Origin: Burkholderiaceae bacterium
GTDB lineage: Bacteria > Pseudomonadota > Gammaproteobacteria > Burkholderiales > Burkholderiaceae_A
Reading direction: 5' to 3'
Assembly: GCA_040400125.1 (NCBI GenBank)
Contig: JBBAQV010000001.1
Span: forward strand, 5,956 to 69,955
Length of the DNA: 64,000 nucleotides
Each line of letters opens with the position of its first letter. Position 1 is the first letter of the stretch. This document shows positions 10,117 to 19,084 of the stretch, piece by piece. The position numbers and the translations under genes were made by a program. The notes beneath the pieces are model-generated. The model worked only from the letters and a program-made list of their open reading frames with translations. It was not told the origin of the DNA and ran no database searches.

Positions 10117-10160
10117 TGTCAACTTACATTGACACCAATAAAAGTAACGCAAAACTGACA
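10117..10160 (+). promoter_or_regulatory. Tandem PpsR operators and bchC promoter
   Basis: TGTCAACTTACATTGACA (10117-10134, perfect, contains TTGACA), an 8-bp spacer, then AGTAACGCAAAACTGACA (10143-10160). Classic bchC promoter layout. Confidence 0.92.
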
Positions 10161-11120
10161 ATGACAAATTCAACATTCGCCCCGACGTCTCAGGCGATCG
10201 TACTCAAGAAACCACAAGAGCTCGCGCTCAGTCAGGTTTCGTTAACCGCTCCGGTTGAGGGTGATGTTGTCGTGGACATTGCATTCAGTGGCATCAGCAC
10301 CGGAACCGAAAAACTATTGTGGTCAGGCCGCATGCCGAACTTTCCGGGCATGGGGTATCCGTTGATTCCTGGTTATGAATCGGTGGGCCGCGTGATTCAT
10401 GCAGAACCGGGCGCCAGTCATCGCCCCGGCGATTTTGTTTTTGTACCCGGAGCAAAATGCTTCGGCGATATACGTGGGCTCTTCGGTGGCGCCGCCTCTC
10501 GCGTGGTGCTGCCTGCGGCGCGTGCGCTCGCCATTCGCGAATCACTGGGTGAACAAGGTGTGCTGCTTGCGCTGGCCGCAACCGCGCATCACGTCTATCA
10601 AGGTGACACGAATGCCCAGCCCGATCTCATCGTTGGACATGGCGTGTTGGGTCGTCTCATTGCACGTCTCGCGGTCATTGCTGGTCATCACCCGGTGGTC
10701 TGGGAAACGAATGCCGCACGTCGTGAGGGTGCCACGGGATACACCGTGATCAATCCCGATGACGACAGCAGCCGCGGCTATCGACGAATCTGTGATGTGA
10801 GCGGCGATCCGCACCTGCTGAACACCCTGATCGGCCGATTGGCCATGGGCGGTGAAATCGCGTTGGCGGGCTTTTATGACGACCCCCTCAGCTTTGATTT
10901 CCCCCCCGCCTTCATGCGTGAGGCTTCGATTCGAATTGCCGCGCAATGGCAGCCCGACGACCTCATCGCCGTGCGCTGCATGGCTGAATCAGGCGAACTC
11001 TCACTCGATGGGCTCATCACGCATCGGTCGGAACCGACCCAGGCCAATGAGGCTTATCGCACCGCGTTTGAAAACCCCGATTGCCTAAAAATGATTCTCG
11101 ACTGGAGACAAAAGTCATGA
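10161..11120 (+). CDS. bchC: 2-desacetyl-2-hydroxyethyl bacteriochlorophyllide a dehydrogenase
   Basis: SGISTGTEKLLWSGRMP.FPGMGYPLIPGYE, FPPAFMREA, CLKMILDW. Confidence 0.97.
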   Translation: MTNSTFAPTSQAIVLKKPQELALSQVSLTAPVEGDVVVDIAFSGISTGTEKLLWSGRMPNFPGMGYPLIPGYESVGRVIHAEPGASHRPGDFVFVPGAKCFGDIRGLFGGAASRVVLPAARALAIRESLGEQGVLLALAATAHHVYQGDTNAQPDLIVGHGVLGRLIARLAVIAGHHPVVWETNAARREGATGYTVINPDDDSSRGYRRICDVSGDPHLLNTLIGRLAMGGEIALAGFYDDPLSFDFPPAFMREASIRIAAQWQPDDLIAVRCMAESGELSLDGLITHRSEPTQANEAYRTAFENPDCLKMILDWRQKS

Positions 11121-12142
11121 GCTCAAATGTGCGTCCGCAGGCCCCCGTCGAATCTCCTGTTCAATTTGTGCTGAAAGAAAATCTTCGTTCAGAAGCAGCC
11201 ATTGAACCGGACCCCGTGGCCACCGGCCCGGTCACCAAAGAAACGCAGATCATCGCCATCTATGGCAAAGGCGGTATCGGCAAGAGCTTCACGCTCTCGA
11301 ATCTCTCTTACATGATGGCGCAGCAGGGCAAGAAAGTTTTGCTCATTGGCTGTGATCCCAAAAGCGACACCACCTCATTGCTCTTCGGTGGCAAGGCCTG
11401 CCCCACCATTATTGAAACTTCATCAAAGAAAAAACTCGCCGGTGAGCCCGTTGAAATTGGCGATGTCTGCTTCAAGCGCGATGGCGTCTATGCCATGGAA
11501 CTCGGCGGCCCGGAAGTGGGCCGTGGATGCGGCGGCCGCGGCATTATTCATGGCTTCGAAACCCTTGAAAAACTAGGCTTTCATGACTGGGGTTTTGACT
11601 ATGTTCTGCTCGATTTTTTGGGCGATGTGGTCTGCGGCGGCTTCGGCCTTCCAATCGCTCGCGACATGTGCCAAAAGGTGATCGTCGTCGGCAGCAATGA
11701 CCTTCAGTCACTTTATGTCGCCAATAACGTCTGCTCCGCTGTGGAGTACTTCCGAAAGCTTGGCGGCAATGTTGGCGTGGCCGGCATGGTGATCAATAAA
11801 GACGATGGCACGGGCGAGGCCGCAGCGTTTGCGGAACGCGCCGGAATTCCGGTTCTTTCGGCCATCCCAGCGAACGAAGATATTCGTCGCAAGAGCGCAA
11901 GCTACGAAATTGTTGGACGCCCTGGAACCCAGTGGGCTCCATTGTTCGAGACACTGGCCACGAATGTTGCGGAAGCACCACCGGTGCGTCCCAAGCCATT
12001 GAGCCAAGACGAACTGCTGTCGCTTTTTTCGGCCGACAGTGTGGGTCGTAACGTGGTGCTCGAGCCCGCCACCATGGCCGACATGACCGGCAAAGCGGTG
12101 GTTGAGAAAAAGACGCTTGAAGTGGTCTACGAAGAAGTCTGA
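11117..12142 (+). CDS. bchX: Chlorophyllide a reductase iron protein subunit X
   Basis: [42 protein letters not shown] overlap with bchC. Confidence 0.98.
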   Translation: MSSNVRPQAPVESPVQFVLKENLRSEAAIEPDPVATGPVTKETQIIAIYGKGGIGKSFTLSNLSYMMAQQGKKVLLIGCDPKSDTTSLLFGGKACPTIIETSSKKKLAGEPVEIGDVCFKRDGVYAMELGGPEVGRGCGGRGIIHGFETLEKLGFHDWGFDYVLLDFLGDVVCGGFGLPIARDMCQKVIVVGSNDLQSLYVANNVCSAVEYFRKLGGNVGVAGMVINKDDGTGEAAAFAERAGIPVLSAIPANEDIRRKSASYEIVGRPGTQWAPLFETLATNVAEAPPVRPKPLSQDELLSLFSADSVGRNVVLEPATMADMTGKAVVEKKTLEVVYEEV

Positions 12143-12155
12143 GCGCGAGCCCAAC

Positions 12156-13685
12156 ATGCCCAAGACCATTGACATCCCCATCGTGACCCAGAAGGCCGCC
12201 GTGCCCACGGACGGTCTTGGCTGTCATTCAGGAAAAGAGCAGCTTCTTGCGGCCGCGAAAACAGCGGGTAAAAGCGAAACCCTTGATCAGTACGCCCTGG
12301 ATTATCCGAAAGGCCCGCACGATCAGCCTCAAAGCATGTGTCCAGCCTTTGGTTCGTTGCGTGTTGGCCTTCGCATGCGTCGCACAGCCACCATTCTTTC
12401 GGGCTCGGCCTGCTGTGTCTACGGCCTGACCTTCACCTCGCATTTCTACGGCGCACGCCGAAGCGTAGGTTACGTGCCGTTTAACTCCGAGTCGCTGGTG
12501 ACGGGAAAGCTTTTTGAAGACATTCGCGATTCCGTTCACGAGCAGGCTGACCCTGCGAAGTACGACGCGATTGTCATCATTAATCTCTGCGTACCCACTG
12601 CAAGTGGCGTCCCGCTGCAGCTGCTGCCCAAAGAAATCAACGGCGTTCGAATCATTGGCATCGATGTGCCAGGCTTTGGTGTTCCCACCCACGCCGAGGC
12701 GAAAGATGTCCTTGCGGGCGCCATGCTGAAATTTGCCCGCGAAGAAATTATGTCGGGCCCTGTTCAGGCACCGAAGAATCGTGTCACGGATCGGCCCACG
12801 GTCACCCTGTTGGGCGAGATGTTCCCTGCCGACCCTGTTGGCCTGGGCATGATGCTTGCCCCCATGGGCCTTGCCGCCGGACCGGTTGTACCGACTCGCG
12901 AATGGCGAGAACTTTATTCCGCGCTGGACTGCGCCGCGGTGGCCGCCATCCATCCTTTCTACACCGCAAGCATCCGCGAGTTTGAAGCCGCGGGTCGTGC
13001 CGTTGTAGGCTCGGCCCCCGTGGGCTACGAGGGAACAGAAGCTTGGCTGCAGTCGATTGGCATCGCCACCAACACGCCTCAAGACAAAATCGATGCCGCA
13101 AAGAATCAAATTCTTCCCGCCATCCGTGGCGCGCTTTCGAAGATGCCCATCAAAGGCCGAATCACACTCAGTGGCTATGAAGGCTCCGAACTTCTGGTGG
13201 CTCGGCTGCTGCTCGAATCCGGTGCAGATGTTCGATATGTTGGAACGGCCTGCCCAAAAACATCCTGGAGCAATGCGGATCGCGAGTGGCTGGAATCCAA
13301 AGGCGTGCATGTTCAATTCCGCGCCTCGTTGGAACAAGACCTTGCCGCCATGACGGAATTCAAACCTGATCTCGCCATTGGAACCACGCCGGTGGTTCAG
13401 GCCGCAAAGCAGGCAAGCATTCCTGCGCTTTACTTCACCAATCTCATTTCCGCTCGCCCGCTGATGGGTCCTGCCGGGGCCGGCTCACTGGCTCAGGTGA
13501 TCAATGCCGCGATCGGTAACAAGGCCCGTTTTGATCAGATGCACGAATTCTTCGAAGAGATTGGTAACGGGGATAACGCTGGCGTCTGGGAAGAGACACC
13601 CAAGGCCCACCCCGAATTTCGCGAGATGACCCGTCGTCAGCTTGCCAAACAGCAAAAGGCCCGTAAGGCCGAGGAGATGGGCTGA
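12156..13685 (+). CDS. bchY: Chlorophyllide a reductase subunit Y
   Basis: [37 protein letters not shown]. Confidence 0.98.
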   Translation: MPKTIDIPIVTQKAAVPTDGLGCHSGKEQLLAAAKTAGKSETLDQYALDYPKGPHDQPQSMCPAFGSLRVGLRMRRTATILSGSACCVYGLTFTSHFYGARRSVGYVPFNSESLVTGKLFEDIRDSVHEQADPAKYDAIVIINLCVPTASGVPLQLLPKEINGVRIIGIDVPGFGVPTHAEAKDVLAGAMLKFAREEIMSGPVQAPKNRVTDRPTVTLLGEMFPADPVGLGMMLAPMGLAAGPVVPTREWRELYSALDCAAVAAIHPFYTASIREFEAAGRAVVGSAPVGYEGTEAWLQSIGIATNTPQDKIDAAKNQILPAIRGALSKMPIKGRITLSGYEGSELLVARLLLESGADVRYVGTACPKTSWSNADREWLESKGVHVQFRASLEQDLAAMTEFKPDLAIGTTPVVQAAKQASIPALYFTNLISARPLMGPAGAGSLAQVINAAIGNKARFDQMHEFFEEIGNGDNAGVWEETPKAHPEFREMTRRQLAKQQKARKAEEMG

Positions 13686-15148
13686 TGTTTGTCATCGACC
13701 ATGATCGCGCTGGCGGCTATTGGGGCGCCGTGTATGTCTTTACAGCCATCAAGGGCATGCAGGTGGTGATCGATGGCCCCGTGGGCTGCGAAAACCTTCC
13801 CGTGACCTCCGTGTTGCATTACACCGACGCACTTCCCCCGCACGAGCTGCCCATTGTGGTCACCGGTTTGGCGGAAGAGCAGCTTGGCCGTGAAGGCACC
13901 GAGGGTGCCATGAAGCGCGCCCATGCGGTGCTTGACCCCGATCTGCCTGCTGTGGTGGTTACCGGATCCATCGCGGAAATGATCGGCGGTGGCGTCACCC
14001 CTGAAGGCACCAATATCAAACGATTCCTTCCACGAACCATTGATGAAGATCAGTGGCAGTGCGCCAACCGGGCCATGCTCTGGCTCTGGTCGGAATATGG
14101 AATGAAGAAGGTCCCTGCGCCACGAGAGCGTAAACCGGGCGAAAAGCCACGCGTGAACATCATCGGCCCGTGCTACGGCACCTTCAATATGGCCAGTGAT
14201 CTTGCCGAGATTCGCCGGCTGGTTCAAGGCATCGGCGCCGAGATCAACATGGTCTTCCCGTTGGGCAGTCACCTGGCTGATGTTTCCCGCTTGGTGGAAG
14301 CCGACGTGAACATCTGCATGTATCGCGAGTTCGGCCGGCTTCTTTGCGAGGCATTGGATCGCCCCTACCTTCAGGCGCCGATTGGGCTTCACAGCACCAC
14401 CAAGTTCTTGCGAACCCTTGGTGATCTTCTTGGCCTTGACCCCGAACCCTTCATCACCCAGCAAAAGCACACCACCATCAAGCCGATCTGGGATCTCTGG
14501 CGTTCGGTCACCCAGGATTTCTTCGGCACGGCCAGTTTTGCGGTGGTGGCCAACGAAACTTACACGCGGGGCCTGCGTCACTTTCTTGAAGATGAATTGG
14601 GCCTTCCATGCCAGTTCGCGGTGTCACGCATCGCGGGTGAAAAAACAAACAGCGAAGCCATCCGGACGCTCTGCAAAGAAAAGCCCCCATTGGTCATGTT
14701 TGGCAGCTACAACGAACGCATGTATCTGGCGGAAAACGGTTCCAGAGCCACTTACATCCCCGCATCGTTTCCAGGCGCCATCATTCGCCGCCACACGGGC
14801 ACACCCTTCATGGGCTATGCCGGAGCAACCTATGTGCTCCAGGAATTCTGCAATGCCTTATTCGACGCCCTCTTTCACATCCTTCCTCTGGGGTCGGACA
14901 TGGACCGGGTTGATGCCACGCCTGCTCGCATCACGGATCGCGATCAGTCGGCGCTGCAATGGGATGTCGATGCCCAGCAATCGATGAATGAATTCGTTCA
15001 GTCCGAGCCCGTGTTGGTGCAGATCTCGGCTGCTAAACGGCTGCGTGATCGCGCCGAGCGCGAGGCACGTCGTGCAGGCGAAGAGCGGGTCACGCTGGCG
15101 CTGGTGCAGCGTGCGCGCGAGGCACTGCGCCAGGGGGAACCCGCATGA
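13685..15148 (+). CDS. bchZ: Chlorophyllide a reductase subunit Z
   Basis: [23 protein letters not shown] and a C-terminal PCP-like domain. Confidence 0.98.
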   Translation: MFVIDHDRAGGYWGAVYVFTAIKGMQVVIDGPVGCENLPVTSVLHYTDALPPHELPIVVTGLAEEQLGREGTEGAMKRAHAVLDPDLPAVVVTGSIAEMIGGGVTPEGTNIKRFLPRTIDEDQWQCANRAMLWLWSEYGMKKVPAPRERKPGEKPRVNIIGPCYGTFNMASDLAEIRRLVQGIGAEINMVFPLGSHLADVSRLVEADVNICMYREFGRLLCEALDRPYLQAPIGLHSTTKFLRTLGDLLGLDPEPFITQQKHTTIKPIWDLWRSVTQDFFGTASFAVVANETYTRGLRHFLEDELGLPCQFAVSRIAGEKTNSEAIRTLCKEKPPLVMFGSYNERMYLAENGSRATYIPASFPGAIIRRHTGTPFMGYAGATYVLQEFCNALFDALFHILPLGSDMDRVDATPARITDRDQSALQWDVDAQQSMNEFVQSEPVLVQISAAKRLRDRAEREARRAGEERVTLALVQRAREALRQGEPA

Positions 15149-15273
15149 GATTCAAGAATTCGCTGGCAACAGCAGACAGCATGCTGCGGCATTTTGCCGC
15201 GCCATCTCCGGCCACGGGGGGTTTTCGTGGTAACGACCGCAAGGTCAACTTAAAGGAGAGATCCTATGAGTAA
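15145..15273 (+). CDS. Putative 42-aa leader/bridge ORF between bchZ and pufB
   Basis: Hand translation [42 protein letters not shown]. Its ATG overlaps the bchZ TGA and its TAA lies inside the pufB start region (ATGAGTAA). No homology recognised. Confidence 0.3.
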   Translation: MRFKNSLATADSMLRHFAAPSPATGGFRGNDRKVNLKERSYE

Positions 15274-15415
15274 TCGCAGCACGAGTCTTTCAGGACTCAC
15301 CGATGAGGAAGCTCAGGAGTTTCACAAGTTTTATATCCAAGGCCTACTCGCTTTTACGGCAACCGCCGTCGTCGCCCACGCACTCGTATGGGCTTGGCGT
15401 CCCTGGTTCCATTAA
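15266..15415 (+). CDS. pufB: LH1 light-harvesting beta subunit (49 aa; below the ORF-track cut-off)
   Basis: Hand translation [49 protein letters not shown]. Has [11 protein letters not shown] and AH...W.WRPW, with SD AAGGAG. Confidence 0.97.
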   Translation: MSNRSTSLSGLTDEEAQEFHKFYIQGLLAFTATAVVAHALVWAWRPWFH

Positions 15416-15444
15416 TCCGTCACTTCTAAGTTAAGGGGAATGCT

Positions 15445-15669
15445 ATGTCTCAGATCATGAACGAATCCTTGCAAGAGTCCGCCAAGAGCGACTCTCTGAC
15501 GTTCTATGGAATTTTTGCAATCAGTTTCGTGGTGTTTCTGGCGATCGCCCTCGTCGCGCAGGTTTTGTTTCTGCGGTGGCGTTCCTGGTTTCCGGGGGCA
15601 GAAGGTGGCAAGACTTTAATCGGTGACGTTAAGGCAGCGGTTTATACCTTTATGTCTCAACTCACTTAA
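15445..15669 (+). CDS. PufQ-like single-TM protein between pufB and pufA
   Basis: 74 aa with one long hydrophobic helix (FYGIFAISFVVFLAIALVAQVLFL); size and topology like PufQ; SD AAGGGG. Confidence 0.7.
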   Translation: MSQIMNESLQESAKSDSLTFYGIFAISFVVFLAIALVAQVLFLRWRSWFPGAEGGKTLIGDVKAAVYTFMSQLT

Positions 15670-15693
15670 TGAATCTTTTTAGGAGATAGAACC

Positions 15694-15885
15694 ATGTGGA
15701 GAATTTGGCGCTTGTTCGATCCGCTCCGTGCACTGGCTGCACAGGCGGTGTTTTTGTTTGGTCTGGCAGCAATGATTCATTTCATTTTGCTCAGCACCGA
15801 GCGTTTCAACTGGCTGGATGGAAAAAGCCAGGCAGAGATCATGGCTGCGAAAGCAACCCCAGCCTCTGTGGCTTCACCGAAGTAA
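15694..15885 (+). CDS. pufA: LH1 light-harvesting alpha subunit
   Basis: [10 protein letters not shown]...[17 protein letters not shown], with SD AGGAG. Confidence 0.98.
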   Translation: MWRIWRLFDPLRALAAQAVFLFGLAAMIHFILLSTERFNWLDGKSQAEIMAAKATPASVASPK

Positions 15886-15899
15886 TTGTTTTAAAGCTC

Positions 15900-15937
15900 G
15901 GCGAAGGGTGTTTGCACTGAACGCAAACCTCTTCGCC
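15900..15937 (+). other. pufA-pufL intercistronic stem-loop (mRNA decay barrier)
   Basis: GGCGAAG-GGT-GTTTGC...GCAAAC-CT-CTTCGCC inverted repeat with no U-tract, at the position of the known puf stabilising hairpin. Confidence 0.75.
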
Positions 15938-15958
15938 TCTTGAACGGGAGATACACAA

Positions 15959-16783
15959 ATGGCGATGCTCAGTTTTGAAAGAAAGTATCGTGTCCGCGGG
16001 GGAACCCTGGTCGGTGGAGATCTGTTTGACTTCTGGGTTGGGCCGTTTTACGTCGGCTTCTTCGGGATCACATCGGTCTTCTTCGCAGTGCTGGGCACAG
16101 TCTTGATCTTGTGGGGCGCCTCACAAGGTCCAACATGGAATCTTTGGCAGATCAATATCGCGCCTCCAGACCTGAGCTACGGCCTGGGCATGGCTCCTTT
16201 ACTGAAGGGCGGCCTGTGGCAGCTCATCACCATCTGCGCGATTGGCGCCTTTGTCTCATGGGCGCTGCGTGAAGTTGAAATTTGTCGAAAACTTGGCATG
16301 GGGTATCACGTGCCAGTGGCCTTCAGCATGGCCGTCTTTGGCTATGTCACCCTGGTGGTGATTCGTCCCATCTTGATGGGTGCCTGGGGTCATGGGTTTC
16401 CTTACGGAATTCTGAGTCACCTGGACTGGGTATCGAACGTGGGCTATGCCTACCTTCACTTCCATTACAACCCAGCGCATATGCTGGCCATCACCTTATT
16501 TTTCACTACCTGTCTCGCCCTGGCGATGCACGGCGGCCTGATTCTTGCGGCAGCCAATCCCAAAAAAGGCGAAGTGGTGAAGACCCCTGAACACGAGGAC
16601 ACCTTCTTTCGCGACACGATCGGCTATTCGGTTGGCACGCTTGGAATTCACCGCCTTGGGCTTTATCTCGCCCTGGCAGCCGTTTTCTTCAGCGCTGTCT
16701 GCATCGTGATCAGCGGACCCTTCTGGACGCGTGGCTGGCCGGAATGGTGGAACTGGTGGCTCAACCTGCCCATTTGGTCGTAA
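15959..16783 (+). CDS. pufL: Reaction centre L subunit
   Basis: [56 protein letters not shown]. Confidence 0.99.
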   Translation: MAMLSFERKYRVRGGTLVGGDLFDFWVGPFYVGFFGITSVFFAVLGTVLILWGASQGPTWNLWQINIAPPDLSYGLGMAPLLKGGLWQLITICAIGAFVSWALREVEICRKLGMGYHVPVAFSMAVFGYVTLVVIRPILMGAWGHGFPYGILSHLDWVSNVGYAYLHFHYNPAHMLAITLFFTTCLALAMHGGLILAAANPKKGEVVKTPEHEDTFFRDTIGYSVGTLGIHRLGLYLALAAVFFSAVCIVISGPFWTRGWPEWWNWWLNLPIWS

Positions 16784-16804
16784 GCCAGGATTCAGGAGAA
16801 CAAC

Positions 16805-17782
16805 ATGGCTGAATATCAGAATTTATTTACACAGGTCCAGGCTGTTGCAACGCCCCATCATGGCGTCGCGTTGGACGGACCGGACAACAACGAGCGTGTC
16901 GGAGAACCTTTCCTGATGCACCTCGCAGGTCGTCTCGGCAATGCTCAGATTGGCCCGATCTACCTGGGTAAGCTGGGTGTGGTCTCGGCATTTTGTTTCA
17001 TCATTGCCTTCGTGATCGTTGGTTGGAACATGCTGGTTCAGGTCAACTACGACCCGATTCAGTTTGTGCGCCAATTGTTTTGGCTTTCACTGGACCCCCC
17101 AGCCCCCGAGTACGGGCTTTCATTGGCGCCTTTAAATCAAGGCGGATGGTGGAACATTGCCGGATTTTTCTTAACGCTTTCCATCATCTTCTGGTGGGTC
17201 CGAGTCTATCGTCGCGCTCGCGCGCTTGGTCTGGGAACCCATGTGGCCTGGGCCTTTGCGGCGGCTATCTGGCTGTATCTGGTCTTGGGTTTTATTCGTC
17301 CGGTGCTCATGGGAAGCTGGTCAGAGGCTGTTCCCTTCGGAATTTTTTCGCACCTTGACTGGACTGCCGCATTCTCGATCCGTTACGGCAACCTGTTCTA
17401 CAACCCTTTCCACATGCTGTCGATTGCTTTCCTGTATGGCTCGGCTTTGCTCTTTGCCATGCACGGCGCCACCATTCTTGCGGTGAGCCAGTACGGCGGT
17501 GACCGCGAGGTTGAACAGATTGTGGATCGCGGATCGGCCTCAGAGCGTGCGGCACTCTTTTGGCGATGGACCATGGGCTTTAACGCCACGATGGAATCCA
17601 TCCACCGCTGGGCATGGTGGTTTGCGGTGCTCTGCCCCTTAACAGGCGGCATTGGCATCCTGCTCACCGGAACCGTGGTGGACAACTGGTTCCTCTGGGG
17701 CGTGAAGCATGGCATTGCACCCCCATATCCCGAAATGTGGCCCACAGTGGTTGATCCTGCAGCAATTCAAGGAGCGAAATAA
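16805..17782 (+). CDS. pufM: Reaction centre M subunit
   Basis: [50 protein letters not shown], and the C-terminal extension typical of PufC-containing reaction centres. Confidence 0.99.
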   Translation: MAEYQNLFTQVQAVATPHHGVALDGPDNNERVGEPFLMHLAGRLGNAQIGPIYLGKLGVVSAFCFIIAFVIVGWNMLVQVNYDPIQFVRQLFWLSLDPPAPEYGLSLAPLNQGGWWNIAGFFLTLSIIFWWVRVYRRARALGLGTHVAWAFAAAIWLYLVLGFIRPVLMGSWSEAVPFGIFSHLDWTAAFSIRYGNLFYNPFHMLSIAFLYGSALLFAMHGATILAVSQYGGDREVEQIVDRGSASERAALFWRWTMGFNATMESIHRWAWWFAVLCPLTGGIGILLTGTVVDNWFLWGVKHGIAPPYPEMWPTVVDPAAIQGAK

Positions 17783-18837
17783 TGAACCTTTCAAGAACCT
17801 CTTTGATTGCCGCAATTGTTGCCGTCTCGGCACTGCTTGCTGGCTGTGAGCGCCCACCCATCGAAACGGTGCAAACCGGCTTTCGTGGCACCGGTATGGA
17901 ACTCGTTTATAACCCTCGCACCTTGGATGCCGAGGCCGCCCTTCACAAGGCGCCTGACGCGCTCGAACCTGCTGACAAAAGCGGACCGAAGGCCCGCCAG
18001 GTCTATCAGAATGTGAAAGTTCTGGGTGACCTGAGCGTCGGTGAATTCACCCGCACCATGGTGGCCATGACGCAATGGGTTGCACCTGAACAGGGCTGTG
18101 CCTACTGCCATAACGTGGCCAACTTTGCGGACGATTCACTCTACACCAAGGTGGTTGCGCGTCGAATGACTCAGATGACCCAACATCTGAACGCCGCATG
18201 GAAAAACCACGTGGCCGATACCGGCGTGACCTGCTACACCTGTCACCGAGGCCAGCCCGTGCCCCAGCAGGTTTGGTTTGCACCCAATGACGCCAAGCTT
18301 GCCAAAGGGCTTCTTGGTCAGCGCAACGGACAGAACGAACCCGCGGTGTCGGTGGGCATGAGCTCCTTGCCCAATGACCCGTTCTCGGCTTATTTCCAGG
18401 GTGACCAGCGTATCCGTCAGATTGCTCAGACGGCGCTTCCCCAGGGAATCAATAGCAATGGCTCCAGCACCCAGATGACCGAATCAACCTACGGACTGAT
18501 GATCCACATGTCCAAAGGCCTTGGTGTGAACTGCTCGTTCTGCCATAACTCACGTAATTTCTCGGATTGGGAGCAAAGCCCACCCCAGCGCGTGACGGCG
18601 TACCACGGCATTCGCATGGTTCGGGAACTGAACAATGAGTTCATTGATCCATTGCAGCCCGTGTTCCCGGCGAACCGTTTGGGGCCCAAGGGTGATGTTG
18701 CGAAGATCAATTGCGCAACCTGCCACCTCGGTGCCTATAAACCGCTCTACGGTGAATCCATGGCGAAGAACCATCCCGAACTTCAAGGCCCTGTGGCCAA
18801 GTTGATCAAGGCTGCTGGCGGCTCAGTTCCCAAGTAG
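17782..18837 (+). CDS. pufC: Reaction-centre-bound tetraheme cytochrome c subunit (lipoprotein)
   Basis: Lipobox LLAG-C and four CxxCH motifs (CAYCH, CYTCH, CSFCH, CATCH). Confidence 0.99.
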   Translation: MNLSRTSLIAAIVAVSALLAGCERPPIETVQTGFRGTGMELVYNPRTLDAEAALHKAPDALEPADKSGPKARQVYQNVKVLGDLSVGEFTRTMVAMTQWVAPEQGCAYCHNVANFADDSLYTKVVARRMTQMTQHLNAAWKNHVADTGVTCYTCHRGQPVPQQVWFAPNDAKLAKGLLGQRNGQNEPAVSVGMSSLPNDPFSAYFQGDQRIRQIAQTALPQGINSNGSSTQMTESTYGLMIHMSKGLGVNCSFCHNSRNFSDWEQSPPQRVTAYHGIRMVRELNNEFIDPLQPVFPANRLGPKGDVAKINCATCHLGAYKPLYGESMAKNHPELQGPVAKLIKAAGGSVPK

Positions 18838-18885
18838 ACCGATCTCCCACGAACGGACGTCCCCCCGTCCTCACCACGTGGAGCT

Positions 18886-18921
18886 AACGCCCAAAGGATC
18901 CCCCCTTTGGGCGTTTTTTTT
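18886..18921 (+). terminator. Rho-independent terminator of the puf operon
   Basis: AACGCCCAAAGG-loop-CCTTTGGGCGTT followed by a T-run. A second hairpin precedes it (about 18844-18883). Confidence 0.92.
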
Positions 18922-18956
18922 CGATGAAATGAGGGCTGTGTTATCGCCTGCTTCAC

Positions 18957-19016
18957 CGCTTGATTTCATCGCTTGATTTCATCGCTTGATTTCATCGCTT
19001 GATTTCATCGCTTGAT
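18957..19016. repeat. 13-bp tandem repeat (CGCTTGATTTCAT x4 plus a partial fifth copy)
   Basis: Perfect copies start at 18957, 18970, 18983 and 18996; partial CGCTTGAT at 19009; degenerate copy at 18945-18956. Confidence 0.97.
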
Positions 19017-19025
19017 ATGCATCAA
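19012..19025 (+). promoter_or_regulatory. FNR/FnrL box, class II promoter of hemN
   Basis: Perfect TTGAT-ATGC-ATCAA. A GATACT -10-like hexamer at 19048-19053 fits a site centred near -41.5. Confidence 0.9.
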
Positions 19026-19084
19026 CCTTAGCGCCGCATCCCTTTGGGATACTCGCTCTCAGACCATTGCAAGGACGATGACCC

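Noticed and set aside
12228-13337. 369-aa antisense ORF
   Set aside because: Shadow of bchY on the opposite strand, with no recognisable motifs.
13637-14581. 314-aa antisense ORF
   Set aside because: Shadow of bchZ; expected from codon bias in GC-rich genes.
11117-15148. Nitrogenase-like genes (also 45644-53355)
   Set aside because: The motifs and context identify COR (BchXYZ) and DPOR (BchLNB), not Nif proteins.
18957-19016. Possible CRISPR array
   Set aside because: The units are 13 bp, directly adjacent, with no spacers and no cas genes; this is a simple tandem repeat.
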